A DNA stretch of 64,000 nt, taken from assembly GCF_036321535.1 (NCBI RefSeq), contig NC_087472.1, forward strand, positions 95,234,001 through 95,298,000. Reading direction: 5' to 3'. The notes under the pieces were generated by a model. It made no database searches, had not been told where the DNA came from, and worked only from the letters and a program-made list of their open reading frames with translations. This DNA comes from Camelus dromedarius (taxonomy: Eukaryota). The position numbers were made by a program, and so were the translations under genes. This document shows positions 1 to 13,390 of this stretch, in pieces; the first letter of the stretch is position 1, and the number at the start of each line of letters is the position of its first letter.

Positions 1-1029
1 CATCAAAGAAAAAAAAAATCTAAGTTTCCTAGTCCAGATTCTGACTCACATATTTTCTTTTTCCTCACGCAGAGGCTTAATCAGGCCAGCTGAACACAGT
101 AAGTAATTCAATCTTATCTCCTCGGTGAGTCATCTTGAATAATAATAAATTATTCATAGACACAAGGGAAATAAATTATCCTCCTCAGACATTTTACCAT
201 GAAGATACATACCCTTTCTATAAACAAACTATTTGTAAGATTCACTCTCAAACTGACTTAGATCTTCCAAGCTTTAAGCTTTTAGAAAGGACACTAGCAA
301 AGCTCGGACGGGCACAGGAAACATCCCAGGGCTCCAGCAGAGTAGCAGGTAACTAGGTCATTCTGTTTTCTAAGTTCTGAAAACAAGCGTTATGACATGA
401 ATTTACACCCATTCTTTACATTAAGTGCAAGCTAGGAACATGCGATCATAAATTGATGAGGCAAGCAGTGCACCTGGAGTATAAACATTTCTTTCTGAGG
501 TTTTTAAGCTTCCCATTTCAATCCCATTAAGTCTAGCTATATCTCCACGTCCTTTTTTCAAAGTTTTTTTTTCCCTGATTCATCCTTTTCTCACACATTG
601 ATAAACGGAGAAAGTAAATAACTATATTAGTTTATTTTTGTGCAATATAATGTCAAACTGTATAAACTATGGGTTCTCTTTCCAAATCTGCCTCTAACAC
701 TATTTTCATTTTATATATATATATATATATTTTTTTTTTTTTTCAGAATCTGGGGCAGAAAGTTCAGACTTCAAATGAGTAACAGTTATACTGAAACTAA
801 TACATATTTTAGATCCAGCCTATAAACTTTGGGAATAAGTTTCCTCCCCCTAGGTTTTATTCTCCTTATCTCAGAGACAAGATTAGAGAAGAACAATAAA
901 AGCTAATTTACATCCCTTCTATAATAGCATGTTAAAACTGAAGTTTAAGCCAAGGCGCCAATACCCCAAAATGTGAAATTCCAAAGTGAGGTGTTAGATA
1001 CCTCATGCAGAAATTATAAAAGAAAGAGA

Positions 1030-1197
1030 AATGGTTTTCAATGCTTGGACGCACATTGGACTCACCAGAGGCGCTCAAGAAAATGCTAATGCCTGAGTTC
1101 TAGCCCCAGGAATTCTTATTATATTCAGCTGGGGTCTGGCCTGGGAAATAGGATTTTTGAAAAAGCTACCTAAGAGATCCTAATGTTGGGAACCACT
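1030..1197. mobile_element. hAT-Charlie MITE, MER5A/MER5B-like
   Basis: atggttttcaa...cacattggactcacc...ggggtctggcctggg...gggaaccact follows the recalled MER5 consensus with degraded TIRs. Confidence 0.75.
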
Positions 1198-2064
1198 ATT
1201 TTACCTCAGAGTAATGATTTAGAGAATGTTGAAGGGTCGCACTTTCCAACTAATTAAAGACTGTAAGTGTTCAATGAATATTTGTTGAATTAAATTTATA
1301 ACACGGTGCTTCAATTCATTAAGTCTAGTGAAATATTAATGTGGAAATTAGTTTTAAACTATTGAAAATAGATATTTAAGCAGTCCTCAGCTAGGAATAA
1401 AGTTAGCTGTCTTTATGGAGTCTTTTTCCCATAGGGATTCTAAGACCATCACTAATTCTGCTGTTATTTCCTGAATCATACATAGTGTAAGTTTATTAAT
1501 GTCTAGATTGCTTATAATCTGCTCATGTATATGAAACTTTTAAAGTCTAAAAGTACTATTTTTGAAGTAAATGTTATCTGGAAGTTCCATTTCCAAACTC
1601 AATCCTGCCTATTAAATCTGTAAGTATCGTGATACTTAGAAGTAAGGGATATTTTTCTGATAGGGATGACAAAATAAGTTTCAGGTTGGGATTTGGGGAA
1701 GAATTTGAGATTGTTAGAAATCCTTACTGTTTTAGTGGTTCTAGTAAAATGAATTAAATTAAGTCCATTTCCCTTCAAGCCTCCTACAACTTACCTTCCA
1801 CCCTCAAGTGTGTGTGTGCACGTGCGTGCAAGCACCTGCACACGTGTGCATATAAGGACATGTGCACATGTGTGTTTTACTGTCATCTTCCACATTTTGG
1901 CACAACCAGATTGTTTTACTTAAATTCTGTTTGGCTCTTTTGTACTTAATACCAGTCAATTTGATCTGCTTCTTATATTTCAAACAACTTTAAAGCTTTA
2001 CTCTGAGGGATGCTCTATGGTAATGGGTGAAGGACAGCTGCAGCATGTCAACAGGAAAGCTGTG

Positions 2065-2065
<1 letters not shown>

Positions 2066-2098
<33 letters not shown>
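2066..2098. repeat. (CA)~16 microsatellite
   Basis: Perfect AC run. Confidence 0.97.
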
Positions 2099-2100
<2 letters not shown>

Positions 2101-2733
2101 TTCCTTTCAGGAGTTTAGCAAACAGGGAATCAGTGAATGTTAATATTTCCCATGTAGCCACTTTACTAGACAGATTTAGGCTAGCTGTCCTTTTTCATAG
2201 CCAATATGCATGTAAGTTCTTTCAGTGGTCCTTCTGCTTGTGATATTAGAGTCATCTCATTGATAGGCTCTCAGTTCTCAAAAAAATAGACTATTTTTGA
2301 ATCTTGTTTTTTAATTAGAAGGAACAGTTGCTTTATTCCTTCATCAGTTAATTCTCATCTCTCAGTGAGCAAAGTATTTTCTTAGCTGGTTGATATTTGA
2401 CAAGACTGAGCACTTTCTTTAATGACACTGGTAAAGACCAAAGACCTCAGTGTTTACTTCAGTTGAGAGAGATGTATTAGTACTTGTGTTAAGAAACTCC
2501 TCAAGTTGCATCTCCCGAAGTGGTTGTTTCCACTGAGGCAGTAACCTCAGAAAAACTTAAATATAGTTGTGGGAAAGAACTATGTTGTAAAATGCTTGAT
2601 GCAAATATCACCAATACCATTTTAAAGAATTATTTATTTAAAGTCTCTGTTGTCTGTATCCACCTCACCACAGCTCTGCTTGTTCATAAATAAGACAAGG
2701 GCAGGGGAGATGACCAGTTAAAAAGATATTTTT

Positions 2734-2861
2734 GGGGGGGAGGGTATAGCTCAAGTGGTAAAGTGCATGCTTAGCCTGCATGAGGTCCTGGGTTCAATCC
2801 CCAGTACCACTATAAAAATAAATAAGGAAATAAATAAGCCTCATTACCTCCTCCTCACCAA

Positions 2862-2892
<31 letters not shown>
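2734..2892 (+). mobile_element. tRNA-Ala-derived SINE (camelid Vic-1-like), full length, (CAA)n tail
   Basis: Head gggggagggtatagctcaagtggta (A box)...gggttcaatccccagtacc (B box); 3' aaataagcctcattacctc; TSD aaaagatatttt 2721-2732 / aaaagatgtttt 2893-2904. Confidence 0.9.
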
Positions 2893-2894
<2 letters not shown>

Positions 2895-3309
2895 AAGATG
2901 TTTTCCTCCACCTACAGTCCTCTTAGGGTTCAGGAAGAGTGACATATTCTCAGAATCTGGCAGAACTAATAAGACTATGTGGAAAGGAGTAAAGGCATGA
3001 GACGGAACTTGCCTATTGATTCCATCTGCTTCCATCCTGATTTGCCTGACAGATATGGTCAAGTGAAGTTCAGGAACTCCTGAAGCTAAGCTAAACAATG
3101 TCCTCAGGGATCTATTAGTTAAGTAAAAGTATAGTCAGCCATAAAGGAACAGTCTCCTGTAAGGAGGAACTAATGACTCTGCCATCAAACAATCCTGATA
3201 CCAAATGCTAACTCTACTACTTACTAATAATTTAATATATCTAAGCCTGGGATTATCGTCGTCATAGTAGAGAGGAGCTGCTGAGAAGATGGAGAAGTGT
3301 TTAGTCAAG

Positions 3310-4200
3310 TTAGACTGTTCAACCAACTTTATAGGGCATTTACTGTATTTCAGGGATGACACAAGAGCTGAGAAGACAGAAAAAAAGGCCGACTTTGCAC
3401 TCAAGGGGACGTGCAGGTTGTAGGGTTACAGACTCATAAATCATTATAATAGAATATGGTCATCAGTGTCAATGTAACGTGCAGTGGGAAGAGAGGGGAT
3501 GGAAGTCCAGAAATACCTAGAAGAGTCAAGGAACTCCTCACAAGGAGGATAACCTTGGGCTGAGACTTAAAGGATTCAAATAGGCATTTATGAGAGATAC
3601 TAACTTAAGGCTGACATCCTAGAAAGAAAGAGTAACAACGTCAATGACACAAAGATGCAAGAGGTTTGTAAGAGGAATTAAAGAGCAGTTATAGAAAAGT
3701 AAGCTGATCAGGTAGGCGAGGGCCAGAGAATGAGGAGACTGGTATGTCGTGCCAAGGAATTTGGGGATTTTTTTTCCCTAAAGGTGATGAGAAGCCAATG
3801 ACACATTCTGAGCAAAGAACTGATGTCATACGTGTTCTGAAAAGATTATTCTCAAGAGATGGATGGATTGGAGGAGGGTACAATTAAGGAAGAGAGAACA
3901 GTGAAGAGGACATTCAACACTGTGGGTAGGATCTGGTGAGAGGAGCAGCAGAAGGGATGGAGACAAGACAGGAATGTACTTCTGGAGCAGAATGAATAAA
4001 TATGTGGACAGATGAGGTATGGGACATGAGGCGATCTAGAGGGAGTTTTAGGATCAGGACTTGGACAACAGAACAGATGGTAGTTGTTCCTCATCAATAC
4101 AAGAAACGTCAAAAGAAGCATGTAGAAATGGGGAGATGGTGAGTTTGTTGGTAAGCTTCCAGAATATGAGGTATTCATAAGATGTCCATTTAGAAATGTA
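3310..4200 (-). mobile_element. LINE-2 3' fragment
   Basis: Purine-rich antisense L2 pattern (gggcatttactgt..., ttgggctgagacttaaagga, gaagccaatg...tctgagcaaag, aaagattattct). Confidence 0.65.
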
Positions 4201-4369
4201 AAGCATCAGGAAAAGAGCCTAGCATACAGCAGATGGTCAGTATATTGTTGTTTACCTTCCTTATGAACCAAGAATTGTCATTAAGCTACTGAATATGTGG
4301 AAGTAAAATAGAAATATCTGGTCTCCTTTCAGTTTCAAAACTGATTATTTCCTATATATTCTACACAAG

Positions 4370-4658
4370 CTCTGCTCTTGACCTTCACCTAGACGACCCT
4401 TCCCGCACTGTCCTTCCCATGACTGGCTCTTTTCACCCTTCCAGCCATAGTTGGAACATCTTCTAAGTCAGGCCTTCTGTCATCCTGTTCAGAAACAGTT
4501 TCCTCCCAACTTAGTCCATCTCACATCTTCCTACTGATGATGACCTTCATCGAAAACTTCTCAATTTTCAAATAAATGATTTGTATTAGTTTATTTGCTT
4601 ATTAGTTTATCTGCCTTTCCCATTAGATTCTGTTCTAAGGTCTCCATTGAATGAATGA
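4370..4658 (+). mobile_element. LINE-2 3' end
   Basis: Pyrimidine-rich L2 3' region ending in ttgaatgaatgaa. Confidence 0.6.
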
Positions 4659-4735
4659 AAGAAGAAAAAGAAGAACAAACGAAAGAAAGAAAGAAAGAAT
4701 GAAAGAACAAAAGAACGAAAGAAAGAAAGAAAGAA
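4656..4735. repeat. Imperfect (GAAA)n purine tract on the L2 tail
   Basis: Directly visible. Confidence 0.9.
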
Positions 4736-7334
4736 GTCAGTAGGCTTTAACTTTGACATTAATTATCCAATTTGTGGCTATGAAAACTCCTTTCTATTCT
4801 TATTACAAATATATGCAAACTCTGCATTGTTCTCAGTTTTTGCATATTTCACTCCTTAACATCTCAGAATAAGGCAGGGAAGGAAGAGAAAAAGTTCGTA
4901 ATGCACAAATAAAATTGTACTACAGTCTCTTTCACAAATAATACCAATTGCCTGAGGGTTGTGCCCCACACTATGGCATGTGTGTTGCCGATTAGAATTC
5001 TAGCAAAAATTATGAGCCAGCAATGAAATATCTCCACAATACCATCAGCCAGCTGAATGTATCTCAAGCAATGCAAGTCAAGAAAACCTACTCAAGCATT
5101 TATTATAGGCAAACCAGTGTGCCATTTTGGGCAAGTGATTAAAAAAATGACTTAAAGCACAGTACCTTTCTTAAATGAATTTACAATTTAGTAATGAGGA
5201 TGAGAAGATTACAAATAACTAAACCTTATGGCAGAATGTGAAACAAGCTAAGAGAGATGTTCAAACACAGCACCGTCAGAAGCCATAAAACTCCTCTCCC
5301 AAGTCAGCAGTGTGCTTTCTTAAACAGTGGTGGCATCATTTCTAAATCAAGAATAGACAAAGTAACAAACCAAAGAGTAGGGGAGTAATTCAGGTCTTGG
5401 GAATTTGATCATCTTCTTGGAAATATACACCACAGAATGGAATGTAATCACAAGATCAGAAACCAGAAGAGGTTCATGGCCATTAGTCCATGTTTGAAAT
5501 TCATCTCTTCATCAAATTTTTGTGACTTTTTGAAGCATCTATATGAAAGTGGTTTTAATAAAATGTAACAGTGACTTAAGAACATATTTTTAAAGAAACC
5601 GTATTTTACCCAGATGATGCTGTTACTGCACATGCTACGATGCTCTACTTGTTTTTCTTCCATGTCAGTTTTGGCTCTCAAAAACATGTAAAAGAATGAT
5701 ATTATCTGCAGCCTGAGAAATTACATTTGATATTTTTATACTCTATATTCTTTTTATTGCTTATCTTATCACTTAAAGAACTAGAACCAGAAATGAATGG
5801 CTAATTCATTTCCCTTAATGATGTAAGAGCACATAAAATTCACTCCAATTGTCCTGGTTCTTAAACAATGGGAAAGAGTTTTGTCCAGGTAAATAGGATA
5901 TAAATACATTGCATGATGATGTATTGAGATTCCAATAATATAGTCATCTTTCTCACTAATTTCACAATTATCAAATATCTTTCTTGAATTTTCATGTTGA
6001 ATTTTAATATATCAGAAAAAAATTTTTAAACCTAAGGAGGAAATTCTATAGTCAAGTATAAAAATCTTACTTCAGTAACCTAGCTATTCTCAGGCAAAAA
6101 TTTATAACAATGCTTATAAGCCCATGACCATTATTTTTAGATTAAGTTCAATGTCTGCATTCTTCCACATCTGTTAATTTCTGACTTAACCATTTCATGC
6201 AGTCATTTGATCATGAAATAGATTGTTTTATTTCTACAATATTAATTATACTATTTGTATCAATAGTATTTCCTTATTTCTATGATCTTATTACTATTTT
6301 ATATTAACTGGAAGCACTTAATGGTAATAGTGTCTCCATTCTGTCAATAGTAGCAATGCATTTTGTTTAGAAGTCCACTCCAGTTTTCCTCACACTTTTA
6401 TTAGTGCATAAAGTCCTCAAAAGCCTTACATAATTGATGCAGGATGTAACAGATGCCAATTAAATGAAATTGCCTCTTTATTGGTAAAATATAACAGCAT
6501 AAAGAAATAATTTACCTAATAAAACAATATTATACTACACTGACTTAAGATAATGAAACAGATTGAAGACACAGGAATTAATTTTGTAAACATGTCAATT
6601 TTAAAATAACTTTACTCTTTAATATCACTTCTTTTCCCTCAATTCTTTTTATGTCATTAAAATAATCTTCATGAATTTTAGGGTTTTTTAATATAACATT
6701 TAATTTATAATTGTATAATAAATAATTTCAAAATTGTCATGCCTTAAAGTACAAATTTTGGAGTCTTCAATACATTGCAATTTACCATTTCTTTTCCACT
6801 AATGATTGTGCCTTAGTTCTGACTTCTGTTGGACCCTAATGGAGATTATTTTCTAAATTTGGGGAAAGTATCAGTCTGCCAGTATTTAAAGTTATTTCCT
6901 TTCGTTCCCACACCAGATCTAGATTCTCCTTAATAGAAAGTGGGAAACTTTTTCAACATATTTTAGTTTCTCTTGTCTTCATTCCAGACATAGAGGGGGA
7001 GCATCAAAGGTGCTTCTTTGCAAACAAAATTTAAGGTGAAATAGAATTAAAGGCAAAGCTAGTTCCTCCTACATTGGGAAGGTTATGTATAGAAATGTGG
7101 ACTCCCTGTTCCCCACATTTGTGCCTCACTGAAGGTAAAATTTTAAAGTCCAAATACACCAGGGAAAATTATATCTTAAATAAAAAATGGCTGTGTTTGA
7201 AATGGGTAACCTTCATTTAAGGCAATAAGTATGTTAGTTTCTTGTGCACTATTGACAAATGCTCCACAGTAGTCATTGACTTCTGTCTTTCCCACACATA
7301 AAGTGATCCTACAACTAAGAAAAATACCAGTAGC

Positions 7335-7690
7335 CTATTAAGAATGGTAGGCACAGGATATGAACAGGCAGTTCATAGACAAAGAAATTCAAATGGACAT
7401 TAAACATATAAAATATGCTGAACTTCACTCCAAATAAAAGAAATCCCAATTTCAATGACACTGAAAAACCATTTTCATCTCTCAAATTGGCAAAACCCCA
7501 ACATTTCGTAAGCCTCTCTGTTTTGAAGATACAGTGAAACAGGCAGGCTCACACAATGTGAGCGAGAATTTCAAATGAGAGAACCCCAAATGCAGGGCAA
7601 TTCGGCAATACCTACCTAACAGAAATAACAGACACTGCTTTACCAGCATTTCCACCTCTAAGCACAGATCCTACACGTGTGTGTGCACAT
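7335..7690 (+). mobile_element. Old L1 (L1M) ORF2 3' fragment
   Basis: gatatgaacaggcagttcatagacaaagaaattcaaatgg...aaacatataaaatatgctgaacttcact. Confidence 0.75.
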
Positions 7691-7729
7691 GTAGGCAAAA
7701 TGAGAGACAAACCAGATGCTTCAGATCAT

Positions 7730-7903
7730 CACTCATCCCAGCCCCTCCTGCAGTTAGGTAAGACCACACCACTAAACATTTCCCAGCGAAATATAGGCAG
7801 AAGTCATGGGTGCCTGGAGCAAAGCACCTGTAAGTTTGCTCTACCCATTTACCCTCCCTCCTCACTGGCAGGGCCATGACCAGAGCCACTTTGGAAGCCA
7901 CAT
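7730..7903 (+). mobile_element. Old MaLR LTR fragment (MLT1I/J-like)
   Basis: tcccagcccctcctgcagttaggt...gcagaagtcatgggtgcc. Confidence 0.5.
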
Positions 7904-8340
7904 TCCTTGATTCTGTGAATGTCTTTTATGGATTTTATATACCTTGACAATATAAAAGTGATATTATGACGGACAGAAAGGGAGAGGTCAAAGAGGGACA
8001 TAGAGCTGGAGGGAAATACAGGGTCTAAGTTCCTTGTTTTACGTGGCGGGGAGTCGAGATATTTTCTTAAGTTGATAAAGAAACAGACTTGTGCTTCTGG
8101 AGATTATTAAAAGTATTATATGAGTAATCAAAAAATTGATTTTTAACAAACCCAAATACAGGAGATGAGGGTGATATATGGCATAAGGAAGCTAATCCTC
8201 TTTCATAACTTGGAGTCAATGGATCTTGCCTAATGATGATAAATCACAAAGCAAAGAGATAAGCAAATGCATCCTTCAGAGTTAGCAGGCAATTTCCTCA
8301 AGGGCTAAAATCAGTCAAAAGTCATGACCTCTGGTTTGGG

Positions 8341-8792
8341 ACAACATGGATGGACCTTTAGGGCATTATGCTAAGTGAAATAAGTCAGAGAAAGACAAAC
8401 ACTGTATGCTATCACTTATCTGGGCAATCTAGAAAAGCCAAACTCATGGAAACAGAGAGTAGATTGGTGATTACAGGGGCTAGCCTAGGGGAAATGAAGA
8501 TATGTTGGTCAAAGGGGTACAAACTTCCAGTTATAAGATGAGTTAAGGTCTGAGGATCTTATGTACAGCAGGGTGATTCTAGTTAATAATACTGTAATAC
8601 GTACTTGAAAGTTGCAAATCTCATAAATCTTAAATGTTCTCACTGTAAAAAAAGGTAATGATGTAACATCATCTAGGTGTTAGAAAACCTACGGTGGTAA
8701 TCATTTCGTGATCATGTAAATGCATCAAATCTACATGTTGTACATCTTAAACTTACACAATGTTATATGTCAGTTATAGCTTAACAAAGTTG
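8341..8792 (+). mobile_element. L1MA/MB-type 3' end, 5'-truncated
   Basis: acaacatggatggaccttta...gctaagtgaaataagtcag...acaatgttatatgtcag; degenerate flanking repeats gtcatgacctctg / gtcactacctctg. Confidence 0.88.
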
Positions 8793-10907
8793 TTGGGAGT
8801 GTCACTACCTCTGAGGAATGAAGTTTAGCAAATAGCTTTACCTCTTTTATTCCTCCTGTTGCATTTAAATAAAATTTAATGAATTTATTTAAAATTCACT
8901 TACATAGTATAATCCTATTTTTGTAAAATTGTCTCCATTCCAGATATCCTTCTCTTTATATCTATTAATAAGAAGGTATTTGGAATGAAAAAAGTTGTAG
9001 TTTCATTCCACTTACTAAAATTTTTTTTTTCTTCTTTGTAATTTGGATGAGAGTTCTTTTTTTGTACCTTTGCTCTAATTTTGAGCATGTATAATTTATT
9101 TAAAAAGTAACATCATTAACATAAAAAGGCATAGTCAACATTTTGTTTTAAACAATTATTTTCATGCTTGAAAACTGATGTGACTGAGGTTTTTACTTTC
9201 TTTTTTGCTCTTCTATATGTTTTAGGTGAGTTATTTTGTTGTTACTTTTCTACACTTACTTTTTGTTGTACATTATTAATTTAAAAAAAAGCTATTATTG
9301 TCAGAAAGGGAGATGTAAAATGTTATGTATAGTACAGAAAGTATTTTAATTCTTGAAATTGATGAGGAAGTTAATGGTGCCTAAACATAATTTCTAAATA
9401 TAGCCTCCAGTTTATCATGTAATAATTTTCTAATACCTACTGATTTCTTTGCAAAAATAATCTAGGTTATTGGTCACAGTGAATATTTTAATCTACTGGG
9501 ATCTTTATGATTTTGAAGGAAATATCTTAATATTCCTTAGAACACTGATAAGTTATAGATTTATTATTTAAAAATAAAAATAAAATAAGAAAATGGAAAA
9601 TCCTGAAGTTAAAACAAGATGAAACAGAATTTAACATCTGAAAGTGATCAGTGTGAGAGCAATGAAATAAAACAGATGTTCTTTTCACTGTCATCCATCC
9701 TGTTATGTGAGAAAGACCAGAGAGTATGCAGATTAAAAAAAAAAGTAGAAGGAAATTCCCCTTCTACTGACTTCAGAGTAGCTCTGTGAGCTTGAGGCTA
9801 ACAAATGATTCCAAGTCTAAACAGCATGGCAGGAGAAGATGTCTGGTTTCTAAACCATAGATGGACAGGACAGTGGGCAAGCCTACTGCTTGTCTACTCT
9901 TGTGGTCCAGCAAAGACCACTGGCCCTCTGACTCTATCCTCAGACAGCAAAATATCCCTTCCTGGGTCAAATGAAGCTATTAAGACATAAGCAGCATGTT
10001 TTTTGAAGATGAACAGCATCCTAAAAGGATAAAAGTCTATTACGACTGCAAAATTGCCTGGAGCAAAGTAAGAATGGAACTTTCCAACTCCCTAACCTCA
10101 TGAAGTGACCATCTTGCCAAATGGTAGTTCTTGTTCTAGTTTAATGGCCCAGCAGCTATCCCAGAAATAAAAAGCCCTTAGGAAACCTAGTAAAGCATTC
10201 AGCTGCCATTTCAAATTTCTGAGGGAAAAATAAGCACAACTGGCAGTAAACCTAAATTTTGCAAAGACAAAACCACTGGACTTTATAAAATGAATCAATC
10301 AGCTCCTTGACAGCATCACTCAACTGCAGCTCACTAAAGCTGAGATGCAGCTACAAAAATTTATTTTGATGTTAGAGGATCTGAATATAAGCACAGAGTT
10401 AACATCATCAGATTTTCTCATGTACTTACAAATCAGTAAGAAAAAAAATCTTAGACTATGCATAGAAAAATCACAACTCTTCCGGATTGAATGTTTCGTC
10501 TTCCCATTTTCCACTTATCCCTTGCCCAAGACACACAAGGACAAGAAAAGGAGGCACAGTGTAATGGCGAGACAAAAATGCAGAAGAACACACTAAGTAG
10601 GACTAGGGCAAAGATGATTCTGGCTGTGAAAATATGAATTGAAGAATATTCTGAAAACTGTGTTCATTTTCACATGAGTACAATGAAAGAATGCAAACCA
10701 AGCTAATAGAGTTCACTCACTTTGCAATCGAGCTGGTCTTCAGGTAGGAATTATTTATGAGAAGCATACCAATTGCACGTAAATGTATCCTTCCAAAAAT
10801 TCTTTGGAAAGCTATGAAGGACTTTGAACATGGTCCTCAAAATTTTCAAAACCTCAACCACAGTAAAGAATCTGCTAAACAAATCCAGTTTGATTTCACG
10901 AGACTCT

Positions 10908-11045
10908 TACTATGCAAGCCTTGCGTACCCACTGAAGAAAGCACTCAGACCCCAAGTGCGTTCAGGCCAAGCCTGTGCTTTTTCTCTGTATTTTGAGTCC
11001 AGTGCCCATAGGAGACACTTAATACATCTTTGTCAAAGGATGGAC
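10908..11045 (+). mobile_element. LINE-2 3' tail
   Basis: cagtgcccataggagacacttaatacatctttg. Confidence 0.5.
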
Positions 11046-12849
11046 AAAATAAGAAAGTAAAGATGGAAAGTAGGGAGGGAGAGATGGAGGACAGGGGAAA
11101 AGAAGAAAGGAAAGGAAAGAAGGACATGAAGGAATCTGAAGAGCGAGGTGATGTTCAGTCCCCTCTGGGAACTGCTCAAAAATGATGTGTCATTTACATA
11201 CATCTGAATACAAACTGAAAAAGTGAGAGGAAGGAGGATGAAATACATCATTTGAATGGCTGTATGAAGTGGGGAACTGATACTGTCACCAGAGAAATCA
11301 AAAGTGTAGAATTTCTGGGGCATGTTGCTTCTCCAAGTTGTGTCATCCTAGTAGGAAACCACAATACTGGCAATGAAGACCCTGGAATGTATGTTTGACT
11401 AGGTCTCCATATTGAGAAGCAATATTGAGTCCAAAATAAAAATAAATTCATCCAGTCATCCAAATGCCCCATGCCATAATGCAATTTGTAAATAACTGTA
11501 TAGACTCAATCTTGACTTCCCGTTTCCAGGCTGTCCCAATGTCTAAGGAATCTGTATGGAGAAGGAGACATCATATTTGTGAGAAATTTTTGTCAAAAAT
11601 CACAAATATTAGGAGTATTTTAAAAATGTAAATGTTCCAAGGGGCAGGCAGAAAATACAAGGAAGGAGATAAAAACCACAGCATTTTACTAAGAGAAACA
11701 GGAACCAGGGACTAAATTTGTGGGCACAGAGATTGCAGACCAGTTGTCTGCAAACCACTCTAAAAGCAACTTTTGTTATGCTCTTAGAAATGCCATTCTC
11801 CACTTTAATGCCTTAGTTTCTTTATAATCATTTTATATTTGCCAAGCATATACCATTTGATAACTTGGAAGAGAAAGGTGACAACTTTGATATAACTGGA
11901 ATAATTCAACCTAAAACGAAACACAAAACACAACTTAGAATATAACACAGTGAAGTGGAAAATGTTCGTTTAGAGAAATTAGCTTATAGACCCCTATTTC
12001 CTCAATATATTTGGAAAAGAATACTCAACTTCCACCCTATTGATTTCCCTCTCTTCTGGGAATTAGCTTTACAGTATTTGTAAATGTGTTAATTTAATCC
12101 AAAGCCGCAGGAAGTTTTTTTTTTTTTTTTAATATGACATCTGTAGCACAAAATCTCATTAAAAGTAACAGTTTTGTTCAACCAACAGATTTTTTTTTCC
12201 ATTTCTATTTAGGTAGTTTACAGGACATGTGAAAATCAGTTCTCTTCGCAGGGATACGGGAAGGATTGATAAGTGTGCTACAAGACAAATGACTGATTTT
12301 TTTTTTTTTTTAAATATAGTCAGCACTGCAGCAGCAAGGCCATTAGTCCACACCCTGAGTCCTTTTATGGCTATTAGGAAACTTGGGAGAAAGAAACTAT
12401 TATCACGTTCAGTGAAAACAATGAGAACCATGTTAGTATCAATCCCAGTTCCCATCAGACTAATAAGGCAGCGCTGAGACCGCACATTTAGAAAGTGTCC
12501 AGTGTGTATCAATGAATTGCATAGATGACCATTATGAGCTTAAGATGTGGCACTCAGTGCTACCCATGACCAAGCAGTGTAACTGTCGTGGGCAGTGTTA
12601 AATTCTAAAATTTGTTCCAACTACTGTCACCGGAATAAATACCTTTGAATCACGCTGGGCCAAAAAATTCCATACATTTGACATAAAATACTTAGAGAAC
12701 TGGAGTGGAAAATGCCCTCAGCTCACCAAGTACTCTCTGATTAGCCTCAGTTAGCACTTTTGCCTGTTCTTGAGTTTTAAGTGAACTCTTTCAGACTCTG
12801 CCTGTTCAGATCCAGCATGAGAATCTGAAGTTTTGCCTACTTTTTCCTT

Positions 12850-13140
12850 GCAACTTTTTCCCCTTGCTTCCCAAACACCACTCTCATTTGGTTTTTCTCC
12901 TGCTGTCCTTCAAATTCTTGTGATTCCCTCTCTCACTCTGCCAGATTCTTAAATTTCTGTCTACACTAGCATTCTCTCTTAACCTCTCTACCCACTCCGC
13001 CATCTCTTCTTTAGTCATTGTCTATAACCATAGCTCTGAAATACCCTCTTCGTAATTATGAACCTCAGTCATTATTTTGAGACTGACCTCTCTGCTGAGC
13101 TCCAGATCCATCTATTCAATACATCTCTTGTATGTTTCAT
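12850..13140 (+). mobile_element. LINE-2 fragment (appears to resume at ~17622)
   Basis: caccactctc...tttttctcctg; gacctctctgctgagctccagatccatctattcaa. Confidence 0.65.
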
Positions 13141-13189
13141 TTGACTCGATCACAAACTATGACACATGCTATTCACCACTAATACTCAA

Positions 13190-13390
13190 CCTCCTTCTCT
13201 TTAGCTGATAACACAAGAGAAGTTAGAGAAGCCAGGTACTCCTTTATCATCCTCTCTTGCAACTAGGGTAGATCAAGTGATACAGTTCCGGCCAATGATA
13301 TATAAACAGTAGTTCTGCACAAAGGCTTCTAGAAAAGCAAAATCTGTTGTTTGTTCCCTGTCCCCTTTTCTCTTCTAATGCCTGGTGATA
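13190..13390 (+). mobile_element. Old MaLR LTR fragment (MLT1I/J/K-like)
   Basis: cctctcttgcaactaggg...gtgatacagttccggccaatga. Confidence 0.55.

Noticed and set aside
2734..2810. Functional tRNA-Ala gene (also at 44614, 45757, 50713, 57722)
   Set aside because: A-rich tails, TSDs at most copies and stem mismatches mark these as SINEs.
2755..3000. Poly-Asn / poly-Leu ORFs
   Set aside because: Translation of the SINE (CAA)n tail.
5478..12350. Identical 13-mer ggccattagtcca at 5478 and 12338
   Set aside because: Repeated 13-mers are expected by chance in 64 kb.
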